Source: Candidatus Bathyarchaeota archaeon (GTDB taxonomy: Archaea > Thermoproteota > Bathyarchaeia > 40CM-2-53-6). Taken from it: DNA of 64,000 nucleotides. The position numbers and the translations under genes are program-made. The stretch covers positions 32,001 through 96,000 of the forward strand of contig CAVSBL010000002.1 in the NCBI GenBank assembly GCA_963726255.1, given 5' to 3'. Of the stretch, positions 30,158-40,267 are shown one piece after another (within the stretch, counting starts at the first letter, position 1; every line of letters starts with the position of its first letter). The notes under the pieces are model-generated. The model did not search any database. It was not told the origin of the DNA and saw nothing but the letters and a program-made list of their open reading frames with translations.

Positions 30158-31423
30158 TCAACATGAATATCGTATCCATAGCCCAGGCGAAAGAGCCACG
30201 CCGCCGACGAAACTTGTATCCTTCGTATTATCCGTTAGTGACATGGAGCCCCAAAACATGACTGCCGCATCCGAGGGGAGGCCAGTATCACCCGTACTCA
30301 GTTGCAATAGAGTGACTCTGAATATTGCGTAGAAACTCTTACCCACCGCGATGGTTTGTGTTGAACCTATCGGATAGAACTGTCCCGGAGCTGCACCGTA
30401 GTACATCCCAATTAGGTATCCAGTGATGTGACTGGAACCGTACCAGGTTAGATCTAATGTTCCCCCGGCGACGGCATACGGTGTGTTCCCTGTGTTTGTA
30501 ATATTTACGTAAATATAGAGCGTCGTGTAGTTCCTCCCCGAGTAACCTGGATAAGAACTACAACTACCGGAGTTGCAGGCCGACACGAAAATTGTCTGAG
30601 TCACCCACGGGTTGACGAACCATAATACGCCCGAGTCCCCAACGTTGGGATAATTAATTCCTGTAAGTTTTTCGGCATAACTCGACCCAGCTGGATACGG
30701 TTGCGAGGACTCTGAGTGGCAATATCCTGCTTGCACGCTGCCTCCACTGCCTCCTGCCACTGGGCCAGGCTCATTTCTGCTGTCGTATCCTGGCGACGTT
30801 CCCTGATATGCGACCTTCACTGTTCCCACGGAAAACGCTGATTGACTTTGACCGCCGATTTGAATTTGGAACGGCCATTGAAATGAGAAAACGTTTCCTC
30901 CACTTGTAACGATGAGAATCGTGTTCTGGGAAGCGGAAGCACTTGGCAGATAGACGGTGTTCGGCAAATACAGGAGTACCGCATGATTTACCTCACCAGG
31001 GTTGAGGAACTGTGTTGATTGCTTAAACGCGGATGAAGTAGAAGTGGGAGTGGAGCTCGATGGGTTGAGTATGCAGAGGGTTGTGCAGCCTGACCCTGTG
31101 GAAGTTACGTAGATTCTTGCGATCTGAACTCCAACCCCTCCTAAGTTGCTCAAGCTCATATTGTACATGTTGCATCCCCCGCAACCGCTCCAGGATGGGT
31201 TAGCCTGTAGGCCTGGGGAGTTGGCTACAAGATTCTCTGACTGTGCTTGGTCCCGGCTTTGGGCCATTTTGTTGGCTGTTTGTTGGTATTGGTCGTATTG
31301 CTGCGAAACGAAAACCATCGTCCCAAGCGCCGTTAGTATGAGTGATAGTATTATCATCCCGCCAACGATGGTACTAACCGCACGGCGCCGGCTAAGTCTG
31401 AAGAGGAGAAGCCTAAACATCAT
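30158..31423 (-). CDS. large minor pilin/adhesin, paralogue 1
   Basis: RRRA|VSTIVGGMIIL class III signal; Ser/Gly/Cys-rich beta domains. Confidence 0.85.
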   Translation of the reverse strand: MMFRLLLFRLSRRRAVSTIVGGMIILSLILTALGTMVFVSQQYDQYQQTANKMAQSRDQAQSENLVANSPGLQANPSWSGCGGCNMYNMSLSNLGGVGVQIARIYVTSTGSGCTTLCILNPSSSTPTSTSSAFKQSTQFLNPGEVNHAVLLYLPNTVYLPSASASQNTILIVTSGGNVFSFQWPFQIQIGGQSQSAFSVGTVKVAYQGTSPGYDSRNEPGPVAGGSGGSVQAGYCHSESSQPYPAGSSYAEKLTGINYPNVGDSGVLWFVNPWVTQTIFVSACNSGSCSSYPGYSGRNYTTLYIYVNITNTGNTPYAVAGGTLDLTWYGSSHITGYLIGMYYGAAPGQFYPIGSTQTIAVGKSFYAIFRVTLLQLSTGDTGLPSDAAVMFWGSMSLTDNTKDTSFVGGVALSPGLWIRYSC

Positions 31424-31476
31424 GACGCCCTCCCTTCGCGAATGCCGATCGTAATATCCAAGCTATGCACAACTCC

Positions 31477-32823
31477 TCAGCATGAAGATGATGATGCTTC
31501 GTATCGGACCCAGAATCCAGAAAGAAGGACTGTGGCGGAAAAGTAACTTTGGTCTTCGGCATTGCCGGGATTGCTTCCAGACCCATTTGTGATTGACGCG
31601 TCGCCCCAGAGCATGACAGAACCTGACGGCATAGCACCTAGGGAGGAGGAGGGAGGGTTAGTTAGTTTCATGTAATTCATTTTGTATATTGCGTAGTAGT
31701 TCGTACTTGGTGTAATCCTTGGCGCGTTAGCGGCCCCTCCGAACGCGACGGCCGGGTAGAATGCTCCTTCGTAGTACACGCCAAGAAGCGTCCCGTCGAG
31801 GTGATTTGCACTGTACCAGCCTAGATCTATCGAACCCGCAGTAGGGGTATACGCTGTTTGCCCTGTGTTTATGATATTTACGTAGATATACATCTGTGTT
31901 TTCGCTGTTCTCCCTGAGTTAATTGTGGACCCCAGAACCCCCGCGTAAGAACTAACATACGTAACCCACGGGTTTACGAAGTACAATGTGTTACCGGTAA
32001 CGGTACCGGTAACGGTACCCCCAGTCATTCCCGTGAGTGCTTCCGCATAATTAGACGCAGCCGGGTAGTTCTGTAAGGGCTCTTTGTGACAATATGTTAG
32101 ACCGCCCGTTCTCGATGTGCCGGATATCCCAGGCTCATTTTTGCTATCGTAACCTCCCGATATTGATTGGTATGCGACTTTCATTATTCCTGAGGAGAAT
32201 GCTGATTGACTTTGACCGAAAACCTGAAGCGGAACGGGCCACTGAAATGAGAACACGTTCCCCCTACTTGTGGCGATGAGGATCGAGTTCTGGGGAAAGG
32301 CAGGGCTCGGGTCTGGCAGGGTAACGGCGAATGGCAACGCCAGCACCACAGCATGATTTACTTCGCCCGGGTTAAGGAAACGGTTTGCTTGGTTGAAGGC
32401 GTAGGGAGCGATTGTGCTGGTTGGGTTCAGTATGCAGGGTGCCGGGTTGGGGGATGAGCAACCTGACCCTGCGGGCCCTGTGGAATTTATGTAGATCCTT
32501 GCGACCTGAACTCCAACCCCACCTAAGTTGCTTAAGCTCATATTGTAGCAGTTGTATGTGGTCGTGCAACCGCTCCCCCAACCGGAAATAGTGGCAGAGG
32601 TTAGAATTGTCAGACCTGGGGAATTGATCACTAGTTTTTCTGAGAACTGTTGACTATCTTGTTGCCCCATCTTCTTGACCAATTGTTGGTATTGGTTGTA
32701 TTGCTGTGAAACGAAAACCGTCGTCCCAAGCGCCGTTAGTATAAGTGAGAGTACTATCAGCCCGCCAATCATCGTACTAACCGCGTGGCGTCGGCGAAAG
32801 CCCAAGATTAGGGGCCTAAGCAT
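31477..32823 (-). CDS. large minor pilin/adhesin, paralogue 2
   Basis: ATG at 32823 (MLRPLILGFRRRHA|VSTMIGG) matches the paralogues; the ORF-track start at 32958 overlaps the upstream gene. Confidence 0.85.
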   Translation of the reverse strand: MLRPLILGFRRRHAVSTMIGGLIVLSLILTALGTTVFVSQQYNQYQQLVKKMGQQDSQQFSEKLVINSPGLTILTSATISGWGSGCTTTYNCYNMSLSNLGGVGVQVARIYINSTGPAGSGCSSPNPAPCILNPTSTIAPYAFNQANRFLNPGEVNHAVVLALPFAVTLPDPSPAFPQNSILIATSRGNVFSFQWPVPLQVFGQSQSAFSSGIMKVAYQSISGGYDSKNEPGISGTSRTGGLTYCHKEPLQNYPAASNYAEALTGMTGGTVTGTVTGNTLYFVNPWVTYVSSYAGVLGSTINSGRTAKTQMYIYVNIINTGQTAYTPTAGSIDLGWYSANHLDGTLLGVYYEGAFYPAVAFGGAANAPRITPSTNYYAIYKMNYMKLTNPPSSSLGAMPSGSVMLWGDASITNGSGSNPGNAEDQSYFSATVLLSGFWVRYEASSSSC

Positions 32824-32866
32824 TCTGGTAGCCTCTTCGCTTTTGGTACTAATCGCTACTTTCAAG

Positions 32867-34186
32867 TTATGTGCACGGGCTTGTTGATGATGGTTCGTAT
32901 CGTATCCATAGTCCGGAACCAAGGATTGTGCCGGAAAAGTAACTTTGGTCTTCGGCATTACTGTTCAAGCCATTCGTGATTGACGCTGCACCCCAGAGCA
33001 TGGCTGACGGGGCTCCAGGCTGCACATCCCATGGGGTGTTTGTTAAGCCAAAGTATTTGATTAGGAATATTGCGTAGTAAAATGCACCAGGTGCAATAAA
33101 CGGCGGATTCGATGTAGGATAGAATGCGCCATTGTAGTAAACGCCGATTAGATAACCGTCAATGTGGTTGGACCCGTACCACATTAGGTCTATTGTTCCG
33201 GCGTCGGGGTTATAGGACGTGGTCCCTGTGTTTACCACAACCATGTAGATGTAGAGCGTTGTACTGCCCGCGAGCGCGCCGGTGCTAGTCACGATTGCCT
33301 TACTATTGCCCCCGGTGATCCATGGGTTTACGAACCACAGTACGCCCGAGTCCCCGGAGGGCAATCCAGGTATATTTGTGAGTTTTTCCGCGTAACCGGG
33401 ACCTGCCGGATATGGTTGCGAGGACTCTGTGTGGCAATATTTGGATCCGGTTCCCCCACTATTGCCTCCACTGCCTCCTGCCACTGGGCCAGGTTCATTC
33501 TTGCTATCGAATCCCGTTCCCGTGTATGCGATTTTCATATTTCCCTGGGAATATGCTGATTGACTTTGACCGAAAACCGAAGCCTGAAGCGGCCATTGAA
33601 ATGTGAACACGTTCCCCCTACTTGTTGCGATGAGGATCGTGTTCTGGGGAAAGGCAGGGTTCGGGTTTGGCAGGGCAACGCCGATAGGTAACGCGAGGAT
33701 CACCTGATGATTTACTTCGCCCGGGTTAAGGAAACGGTTTGCTTGGTTGAAGGCGTAGGGAGCGATTGTGCTGGTTGGGTTCAGTATGCAGGGTGCCGGG
33801 TTGGGGGATGAGCAACCTGACCCTGCGGGCCCTGTGGAATTTATGTAGATCCTCGTGACCTGAACTCCGACGGTTCCTAGGTTGCTTATGGTAGCATTGT
33901 AGCAGTTGTATTTGTTGACACCACTACCATCACACCCGCTCCCCCAACCGGAAATAGTCGAGTTTACAATTGTTAGGCCGGGGGATATGGCTACGAGGTT
34001 TTCTGACCATTGTTGATTACGGTATTGGGCCATTTTGTTGGCTGTTTGTTGGTATTGGTCGTATTGCTGCGAAACGAAAACCATCGTCCCAAGCGCCGTG
34101 AGCAGGAGGGTTAGAACTATCACCCCGCCGATTATCGTGCTAACCGCACGCCGACGCCGAAGCCTGAAGATGAGGGTCCCAGACAT
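32867..34186 (-). CDS. large minor pilin/adhesin, paralogue 3
   Basis: RRRRA|VSTIIGGVIVL class III signal; extensive identity to paralogues 1 and 2. Confidence 0.85.
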   Translation of the reverse strand: MSGTLIFRLRRRRAVSTIIGGVIVLTLLLTALGTMVFVSQQYDQYQQTANKMAQYRNQQWSENLVAISPGLTIVNSTISGWGSGCDGSGVNKYNCYNATISNLGTVGVQVTRIYINSTGPAGSGCSSPNPAPCILNPTSTIAPYAFNQANRFLNPGEVNHQVILALPIGVALPNPNPAFPQNTILIATSRGNVFTFQWPLQASVFGQSQSAYSQGNMKIAYTGTGFDSKNEPGPVAGGSGGNSGGTGSKYCHTESSQPYPAGPGYAEKLTNIPGLPSGDSGVLWFVNPWITGGNSKAIVTSTGALAGSTTLYIYMVVVNTGTTSYNPDAGTIDLMWYGSNHIDGYLIGVYYNGAFYPTSNPPFIAPGAFYYAIFLIKYFGLTNTPWDVQPGAPSAMLWGAASITNGLNSNAEDQSYFSGTILGSGLWIRYEPSSTSPCT

Positions 34187-34731
34187 TATGGCGCCCTCGC
34201 GGTGTACGCCACCTGGTTACCTCTCGCTGAGGCGACGACAATGTAGAAGATGTTCCCCGTAACCCAGGGGCAAGTATTTGGGGGACAGGCGCTGTTCGGC
34301 CAATTCAAGCTAAACTCACAGACTGACCCGACTCCCAGACTGGCGGAGGTTCCGGAAAAGGAGCACCATCCGTGGTTCGCTCCGGAAACAGGTGTGAGTG
34401 ATGTGCCGTTTACGTAGATGGCGCCAATGTTGATGTTTATGGGTCCGACGTTCCGGACGAAGACAAAGATTTGCTGGGGACTGGCCGTCCTGTTGAAGAA
34501 GACTTCTTCGATAACGAAATTCTCTTGGAGCGCCTGGCCGCGTTGGGCGAAGAAGACTTGTGTTCCTCCCGTGAACGCTCCATAGCTTGTGCCTGCCCAT
34601 GCGACTAAGATTGCTGCGAGAGAAAGTGTAATCGAAATCATTAGCATGTTTGCTATTACGGTGCTGACGCCGAGTCTACTTTTCCATCGCTTCATCCTTC
34701 TACGCCCTCCATACGAATAGAAAGAACGCAA
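34186..34731 (-). CDS. type IV minor pilin
   Basis: KSRLG|VSTVIANMLMI, VRNVG, VASARGN; start probably at MKRWKSR. Confidence 0.85.
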   Translation of the reverse strand: MRSFYSYGGRRRMKRWKSRLGVSTVIANMLMISITLSLAAILVAWAGTSYGAFTGGTQVFFAQRGQALQENFVIEEVFFNRTASPQQIFVFVRNVGPININIGAIYVNGTSLTPVSGANHGWCSFSGTSASLGVGSVCEFSLNWPNSACPPNTCPWVTGNIFYIVVASARGNQVAYTARAP

Positions 34732-35584
34732 GGAATGTGATAAGCAAAAGCAGCAGAGTGTGTTTGAGCCCTGCCCCCATCTTGGCTTCGCTCATTTTCC
34801 CGGCGATGAGCCCACCGAAAATTCCTTCAATTATCGTAGCGTGAAACAGGATGCTCTTCAGAAGTGCAATGTCGACTTTGCCTGCGCCACCGAATACGCT
34901 CCCACCCCCCCCAGCAGTTTGAAGCACTTGATTCTGCAGTTGTTGTATCTGTGTGAAGAATGTCTGAATCAGCAATATATCGGTGAAAAGGAATACTCCG
35001 AAGGCAATGTAAACCACGACTGCGTATGGCCGCATCTGCGCATACCTTTCCCGGTCGATTGACTGTAGTTCGCCGATGTGTCGGTTGACTTGTTCCATGA
35101 TTTCCTGCGTGTCGCCTCCTGAGCGTGCGACTTCAGTTATCAGGGTTGCAGTTCTCTGGGCTAGTTTCGTTCTCGCCCGGATGGCGAAGGCTCGAAATGC
35201 TTCTTCGAGGCTACTTCCCCACGATATTTGCGCCAAGAGACGCTTCAACTCAGGGGTCAGTGGGCCGTAGTCTCTGTCTGCGGACACTTCGATGGCTCTG
35301 GTCAGCGTTAGGCCAGTTCTTCCAGATTCTGCTATTTCGCGTAAGAGCCTAGGAATATTCTTGTCGATTCCACGCTGCCACCTCAAGTCCAGATACTCAA
35401 CAGCCGCTGGAGGAAACAGCGATATGATAAGGCCCACCACAATCAGCCGGTCCCATTGCAGCGGCAGGCTCAGGCGCATCACGAGTTGGCCTACGACAGC
35501 CGCTACGGTCATGGAGACACATATGGCGGCGGATACGGCCGCAACTATTCGCTTCTCATTAGGTTCGATTTTCGGCATTTTCAA
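34700..35584 (-). CDS. T4P/T2SS F-family membrane platform protein (TadC-like)
   Basis: IPRLLREIAESGRTG, DYGPLTPE, SGGD, GGLIAGKMSE...GLKH. Confidence 0.92.
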   Translation of the reverse strand: MKMPKIEPNEKRIVAAVSAAICVSMTVAAVVGQLVMRLSLPLQWDRLIVVGLIISLFPPAAVEYLDLRWQRGIDKNIPRLLREIAESGRTGLTLTRAIEVSADRDYGPLTPELKRLLAQISWGSSLEEAFRAFAIRARTKLAQRTATLITEVARSGGDTQEIMEQVNRHIGELQSIDRERYAQMRPYAVVVYIAFGVFLFTDILLIQTFFTQIQQLQNQVLQTAGGGGSVFGGAGKVDIALLKSILFHATIIEGIFGGLIAGKMSEAKMGAGLKHTLLLLLITFLAFFLFVWRA

Positions 35585-36501
35585 TCCTCCACAAGCATAG
35601 AATCCAGCATAACCAAAACGACACCAGCTGAAAGCGGGACAATTCCGTAAGTTACCAGCGACATCATTGTGGTAACTGAGAGACCTCCCAAGCCTCCGCC
35701 GATGAGTGCCATGACTGAGAACATTACGATGATAAGCAACGGAAATACGACCAACAATGTCACGTAGATATCCGCGAAGGTCGCGAGACTCTCAATCAGT
35801 TGCTTGGCGGCGACTCGTCGGAGGTCCATCATCATCCTGGTCGAGTCCTGAAGGTAACCCTTCATGTTCCCTCCAGAACGGATCGTTGCCACTAGCCCTT
35901 CGAGGACTTCAGCAAAGACGCTCGAAGGTGACCGCATCCTCTCAGCTTCTAGGGCTGTTATGATATCATCGCCCAGTATCTCTACGTCTCTAACCACCTC
36001 GTTAGCTTCGGAAGCAACTTCTGGCGTCGTACGAGAATCTTCGAGAAGCTTGAACATGCGTGCAGGCGGCATCCCTGCTGCTGCCAGAATTGACATGTGC
36101 GTCGTTACGTATGGTAGCTCAAGGTCCATTCTCCTCCGGCGGCTAGTTGCCAGCATGCTCGGAATACCATAGAGAACTCCGAAGACAAGAGCGCCTAAGA
36201 GAATGCTGACTCCAAACGCGAACAAAGCGGTCAAGATCACTGGCATGCCGAGAACGAGCGCGACGGCGATTGTAGCTGAAAGGCCCGCGGCAAACGACAC
36301 TGCCGACAACATTACCATTAGGCTGACGTAGGAGTGAAGGCCGATCTTCAAACCCGCCTTCTGGAGATTTAAACCGAGGTCGGAGAAATATGGAAGATAC
36401 TTCTGTACTCTAACCCCCAAGTATTGAAAAGCAAGTAACCAAGGCGCCTTGAAAGCAGAGAGAGTGCCGTCATGGGCTGCTTTCTTTGAAATCTTGGTCA
36501 T
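35581..36501 (-). CDS. T4P/T2SS F-family membrane platform protein (TadB/C-like)
   Basis: ELPYVTTHMSILAAAG, DVEILGDDIITAL, SPS, TIRSGG. Confidence 0.92.
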   Translation of the reverse strand: MTKISKKAAHDGTLSAFKAPWLLAFQYLGVRVQKYLPYFSDLGLNLQKAGLKIGLHSYVSLMVMLSAVSFAAGLSATIAVALVLGMPVILTALFAFGVSILLGALVFGVLYGIPSMLATSRRRRMDLELPYVTTHMSILAAAGMPPARMFKLLEDSRTTPEVASEANEVVRDVEILGDDIITALEAERMRSPSSVFAEVLEGLVATIRSGGNMKGYLQDSTRMMMDLRRVAAKQLIESLATFADIYVTLLVVFPLLIIVMFSVMALIGGGLGGLSVTTMMSLVTYGIVPLSAGVVLVMLDSMLVED

Positions 36502-38102
36502 GTTCCCTCACTCAGCAGGGATAACCTTGCCCGTTCGAATGTTTTCGCCGGATCAGCATAGTAGTCTCTGATGACCCCACCGACATCGTGATATCTGCGA
36601 ATGTTCTTCTTCACCATGTAATCCAAGACGGTTTTTCGCCTGAGGAGTTCTTCTCTCACTGTATCCGCCGCCGCTCCCGCCCTCTCCGCGAGTCTTTCAA
36701 TCGTTTGGCTTCGGCCAGAGTACGTGAACGAATCCGTTCGAGCATCCCATCTGTAAACATCGTTAAGGTCAATCTCACCAGAGCTCGGATCGATGCCGAG
36801 GACTTCAGTCAACTGAACCAATCTGCGCGCGGGTCTGCCGTTGATTTTCAGTCGTGATTGTACGCCGATCAGATGAAGCGTTGGCAGAAGAGTTCGTGGG
36901 ATATTCAGTGGTGCAGATTCGAGTCTTCGAATGGCCGCCCTGACCGAATCAGCGTGCAGGCTGGATAAGCCTCCGTGGCCGGTTGCCATCGCTTGAAACA
37001 GAGTGAATGCTTCCTCGCCCCTCACTTCGCCGACTATGACGTAGTCTGGGCGTTGGCGCATGGCTGCCTTCAATAGGTCGAATGTGGAAATTTCGGCGCT
37101 ACTTCCTATCGAACCGAATCCGACGCGTGCGATTGATGATATCCAGTTTTCGTGGGGAATGTTCATTTCAGGAGTGTCTTCAATCGTGATGACTTTGTCG
37201 TCAGGCATGATGAACATGGACACGCAGTTTAGTAGGGTGGTCTTTCCTGAAGCCGTGCCGCCCCCAATTAGGATGCAGGCTTTTTTCTCGATCGCATACC
37301 AGAAGTAAGCGCCGATCTCCGATGTCATGGTGTTGAAAGAGATCATATCAGTTATTGTCAGCGGGTCGGCCTTGAATCGTCTTATGGTGAAGCTGCTGCC
37401 ATGGCGCGTGACTTCTTTTGCGTAAGTTAGTTGGATTCTGCTTCCGTCGGGAAGCCCGCCGTCAACCATCGGCGAAGCGATTGAGACATGTTTGTTGCAG
37501 AGATAGGCTAGTTTGACAACAAAATTGTCCAGTTCTTTGGTGCTGTCGAATCTGATGTTTGTTGGAATTGACTCGTATTGGCGATGCCAAACGTAGAGGG
37601 GCACACCCGGTCCATCACAGCTTACGTCCTCAATCATATGGTCGCGCATTAGCGGCTCTATGCGGCCTAGGTTGACGAGATCTCTTGAGAGATAATACAT
37701 CAGCTTGTCGAGAGTCTCTGCGGCGATCTTCAGCTTGTAATCCTTAACAGTGGCCTCAACTCGTCCTCTCAGGAATTTCGCGGCTTCCTCTAACGACCCG
37801 ATTTTGCGAACGTCGACGTCAAGTTCTTCCACAAGGATGCTACGGATCTTGGAGTAGAGCGTCTTCTCCTCTTCGAGAAGGGTCGGTTCGATTACGTAGT
37901 AAAGCATGCCACCTGTCTTTGGCTCCTTAGCTATTGCCGCGTAAGCGTAAGGTTCGATTAGTAAGTAGACTTCCTTGAAACTGGACGGGACCTCGGCTGG
38001 CGAGACGACCGTAGGCTTTACAAGCGCTGCCTGTTGAGCAGGGGCGTGGGCCTTACCGTTGCGAGGTCTGCGCAGTGATTCTTTGAGGCCCATCGGAGAC
38101 AC
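36498..38102 (-). CDS. type IV pilus assembly ATPase (VirB11/ArlI-like)
   Basis: IEDVSCDG, LPDGSR, GGTASGKTT, TIEDTPE, RQRPDYVIVGEVRGEEA, AMATGH. Confidence 0.96.
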   Translation of the reverse strand: MSPMGLKESLRRPRNGKAHAPAQQAALVKPTVVSPAEVPSSFKEVYLLIEPYAYAAIAKEPKTGGMLYYVIEPTLLEEEKTLYSKIRSILVEELDVDVRKIGSLEEAAKFLRGRVEATVKDYKLKIAAETLDKLMYYLSRDLVNLGRIEPLMRDHMIEDVSCDGPGVPLYVWHRQYESIPTNIRFDSTKELDNFVVKLAYLCNKHVSIASPMVDGGLPDGSRIQLTYAKEVTRHGSSFTIRRFKADPLTITDMISFNTMTSEIGAYFWYAIEKKACILIGGGTASGKTTLLNCVSMFIMPDDKVITIEDTPEMNIPHENWISSIARVGFGSIGSSAEISTFDLLKAAMRQRPDYVIVGEVRGEEAFTLFQAMATGHGGLSSLHADSVRAAIRRLESAPLNIPRTLLPTLHLIGVQSRLKINGRPARRLVQLTEVLGIDPSSGEIDLNDVYRWDARTDSFTYSGRSQTIERLAERAGAAADTVREELLRRKTVLDYMVKKNIRRYHDVGGVIRDYYADPAKTFERARLSLLSEGT

Positions 38103-38116
38103 CGCTTGTTATAGAA

Positions 38117-38362
38117 TCACTTGGTGCGTGCTGTGGTTGCTACCTTTTGGTCAGCATATACAACAGGAGGCTGATACGGTAAACTTGTCCTTGCCTTGCG
38201 AATCGCATAGATTAGGAAGAACTCCTCTCCGGCATCTTGGAGCCTTAGAGTGACATCAGTCTCGCCCTCTATTCCAATGAGGTCCGCAATATCATTAGGA
38301 ATTCTGACGTAGATTGATTTATTCAGCCTAACCGGCCTAATCTTGAGCGCCAACCAAATCAA
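38117..38362 (-). CDS. AbrB-like DNA-binding protein
   Basis: VRLNKSIYVRIPNDIADLIGIEGETDVTL. Confidence 0.7.
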   Translation of the reverse strand: MIWLALKIRPVRLNKSIYVRIPNDIADLIGIEGETDVTLRLQDAGEEFFLIYAIRKARTSLPYQPPVVYADQKVATTARTK

Positions 38363-38756
38363 CTGGAAGGCTGGTTTAGCTTATGCTTTGGATATTCTTG
38401 GTGTCCTCTTAGCTGTGGCATAGTGGTGACAGAATTCTTTCAGTAGCCCGCTAAGTTCACTCTGACGGGAAGCTCAAGCGACTGTACCCAACACAGTAGG
38501 TCCTGCTATCGGAAGGGGCTCGTCTCTACGTTAAAGGGACGCTAATCGAATCTTCGCAATGACAATCGGTGCTATGTCAACTATACTTCTACTTCCTCGC
38601 CGATCTGTACGCCTTTCAATACTACACTGTTACCTGACGCGAACTCGCCGTCCTCGCCAAGTCTTGTTTACCAAAGATTAAGCAGAGGACTCCGCCATTA
38701 ATCACGCTAATGATAATTGAGAAAAGAAAGGAAGGGGAGGGGAGTTTGAATTGTGC

Positions 38757-39245
38757 TTAGCTGGTCTGTCCTGCTATTGCTGAGTAGGAGAAGACTCCGC
38801 CGTCTGGCAATACAATTTTAACTGGGTACGCTGCCCCGGCCGTGACATCTCCAGCGGCAGTGCCAGTTGCCGGCACTGTAAGGCTCACTGAGCACGCTCC
38901 TGATCCGGGCGCTAGAGTTGCAGTGCAGGCAGGAGCCGTGCCGCCAGTACCAGCCGTGACTAAGTTTCCGGCGACAAAAAACGAAGCTCCCAGAACGTTA
39001 AGCGAGGAAGAGCCAACGTTTTGGAGGTACAGAATAAGCTGAGTAGAAGTACCCCAATTATATGCCGCCATTATTAATTGATCTTTGGTTTGTTGTCCTC
39101 CGCTGCTGCCTAAGCTTCCCATTAATCCGATTGAGAACACGTAGAGCAACACGGCGGCTGCTACGGCGATGGCGATCAGGAGGAGCGCTGCTATAATGAC
39201 TGAAACTCCGCGCTTGCTGAATTGTTTGCCCATGATGGTCATCAT
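38757..39245 (-). CDS. archaeal type IV pilin (likely major pilin)
   Basis: KRG|VSVIIAALLLIAIAVAAA, LQNVG; strong GGAGGTGA RBS upstream and a pyrimidine tract downstream. Confidence 0.9.
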   Translation of the reverse strand: MMTIMGKQFSKRGVSVIIAALLLIAIAVAAAVLLYVFSIGLMGSLGSSGGQQTKDQLIMAAYNWGTSTQLILYLQNVGSSSLNVLGASFFVAGNLVTAGTGGTAPACTATLAPGSGACSVSLTVPATGTAAGDVTAGAAYPVKIVLPDGGVFSYSAIAGQTS

Positions 39246-39524
39246 TTCGATGTTTCACCTCCGCATCGCGTTGACGAGCTTAGCAAATGCTAAGCGGCCC
39301 GTAATGGTTGTGTTGTAACCGAGTTTACCTATCAGGGGTTACGTCATTCTATTCCGGCGTGGGGAGGCAAACTGTTACTGACATGGATTATCCACGCGAA
39401 ACAGCCGAGCCGATTTTTCCTCTTCGTAATCCGTTGGCCTTTTCACAGCGTTCTGAGAATCGAGTGAGGCAACGCCTACGCGGGTGTTTCGCGATTAGGA
39501 TACCATCGTTTCGGAGGAAGTCCT

Positions 39525-39785
39525 CTAGTCTCGTCGCGTGACCAAGAGGCCCAACGCCAGTCCCACGCAGAAGGTGACAAACATTAGCACAAAGAGCGAC
39601 TTGAGAAGCATCGTTGCGTCCATGGTCCAGTCTGAGGCCCCGTTAGTGTAAATATTCAGAACCACAAACTGACTGTGCAAAACAAACTTAGTCAGAGTTA
39701 GCGCGGTCAGCACTAGACCAGACATAATTCCTACGGATAAGGCTCCAACGATCCTGTTAAGTCTCAAGAAACTCAAGTGGCTCAA
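39525..39785 (-). CDS. small two-TM membrane protein
   Basis: Two hydrophobic segments in 86 aa. Confidence 0.5.
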   Translation of the reverse strand: MSHLSFLRLNRIVGALSVGIMSGLVLTALTLTKFVLHSQFVVLNIYTNGASDWTMDATMLLKSLFVLMFVTFCVGLALGLLVTRRD

Positions 39786-39972
39786 CCGAAGATTACGTCA
39801 CTGGTTTGCCTAATATGATTTTGCAAAACTTCTCCAAAACAACTTCCAGCCGAAGCCCACCAACCCCTCAACATCGGTTCCGCGACTGTAACCTGCTTTT
39901 GAGGGCCAGGGTTACATCACACTATTCACGAATGAACCGCCCACTAGCTAGTTCTGTGGAGAAACCACGCGA

Positions 39973-40239
39973 GTGGATTGGTGTAATATGGCGGCGCGCA
40001 ATTCAGCGAAAGAAAAAGTTCGGGAAGTACTGAAAGCATCACCAATCCCCATGGACGTTGAAAATGTTCGGTCGAGGGCAGGCCTAAAGAACTGGGAATC
40101 AACAAAATCGATCCTACTGGAGATGGTTCTTCAAGGTTCGATTCTCGGCCAAAAGACAACAAAGTCATGGATATTCTGGATCAACACGCCAGCCGCACTA
40201 GTCCAACACCCGAGGCGCGGGCGCCGCGGAGGAGGCTAA
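39973..40239 (+). CDS. small winged-helix protein
   Basis: KEKVREVLKASPIPMDVENVRSRAGLKNWESTKSILLEM...GQKTTKSWIFW. Confidence 0.65.
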   Translation: MDWCNMAARNSAKEKVREVLKASPIPMDVENVRSRAGLKNWESTKSILLEMVLQGSILGQKTTKSWIFWINTPAALVQHPRRGRRGGG

Positions 40240-40267
40240 TGACCGATGGCATTTCTCGCGAAGGCGT

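Noticed and set aside
31993-32018. 12-bp tandem repeat CCGGTAACGGTA
   Set aside because: In-frame GTVT duplication in a variable loop of pilin paralogue 2; too short to support a phase-variation claim
29650-39245. Archaellum operon
   Set aside because: The proteins look like pilins, there are two separate platform genes, and no ArlF/G-like or chemotaxis genes were recognised; a type IV pilus fits better
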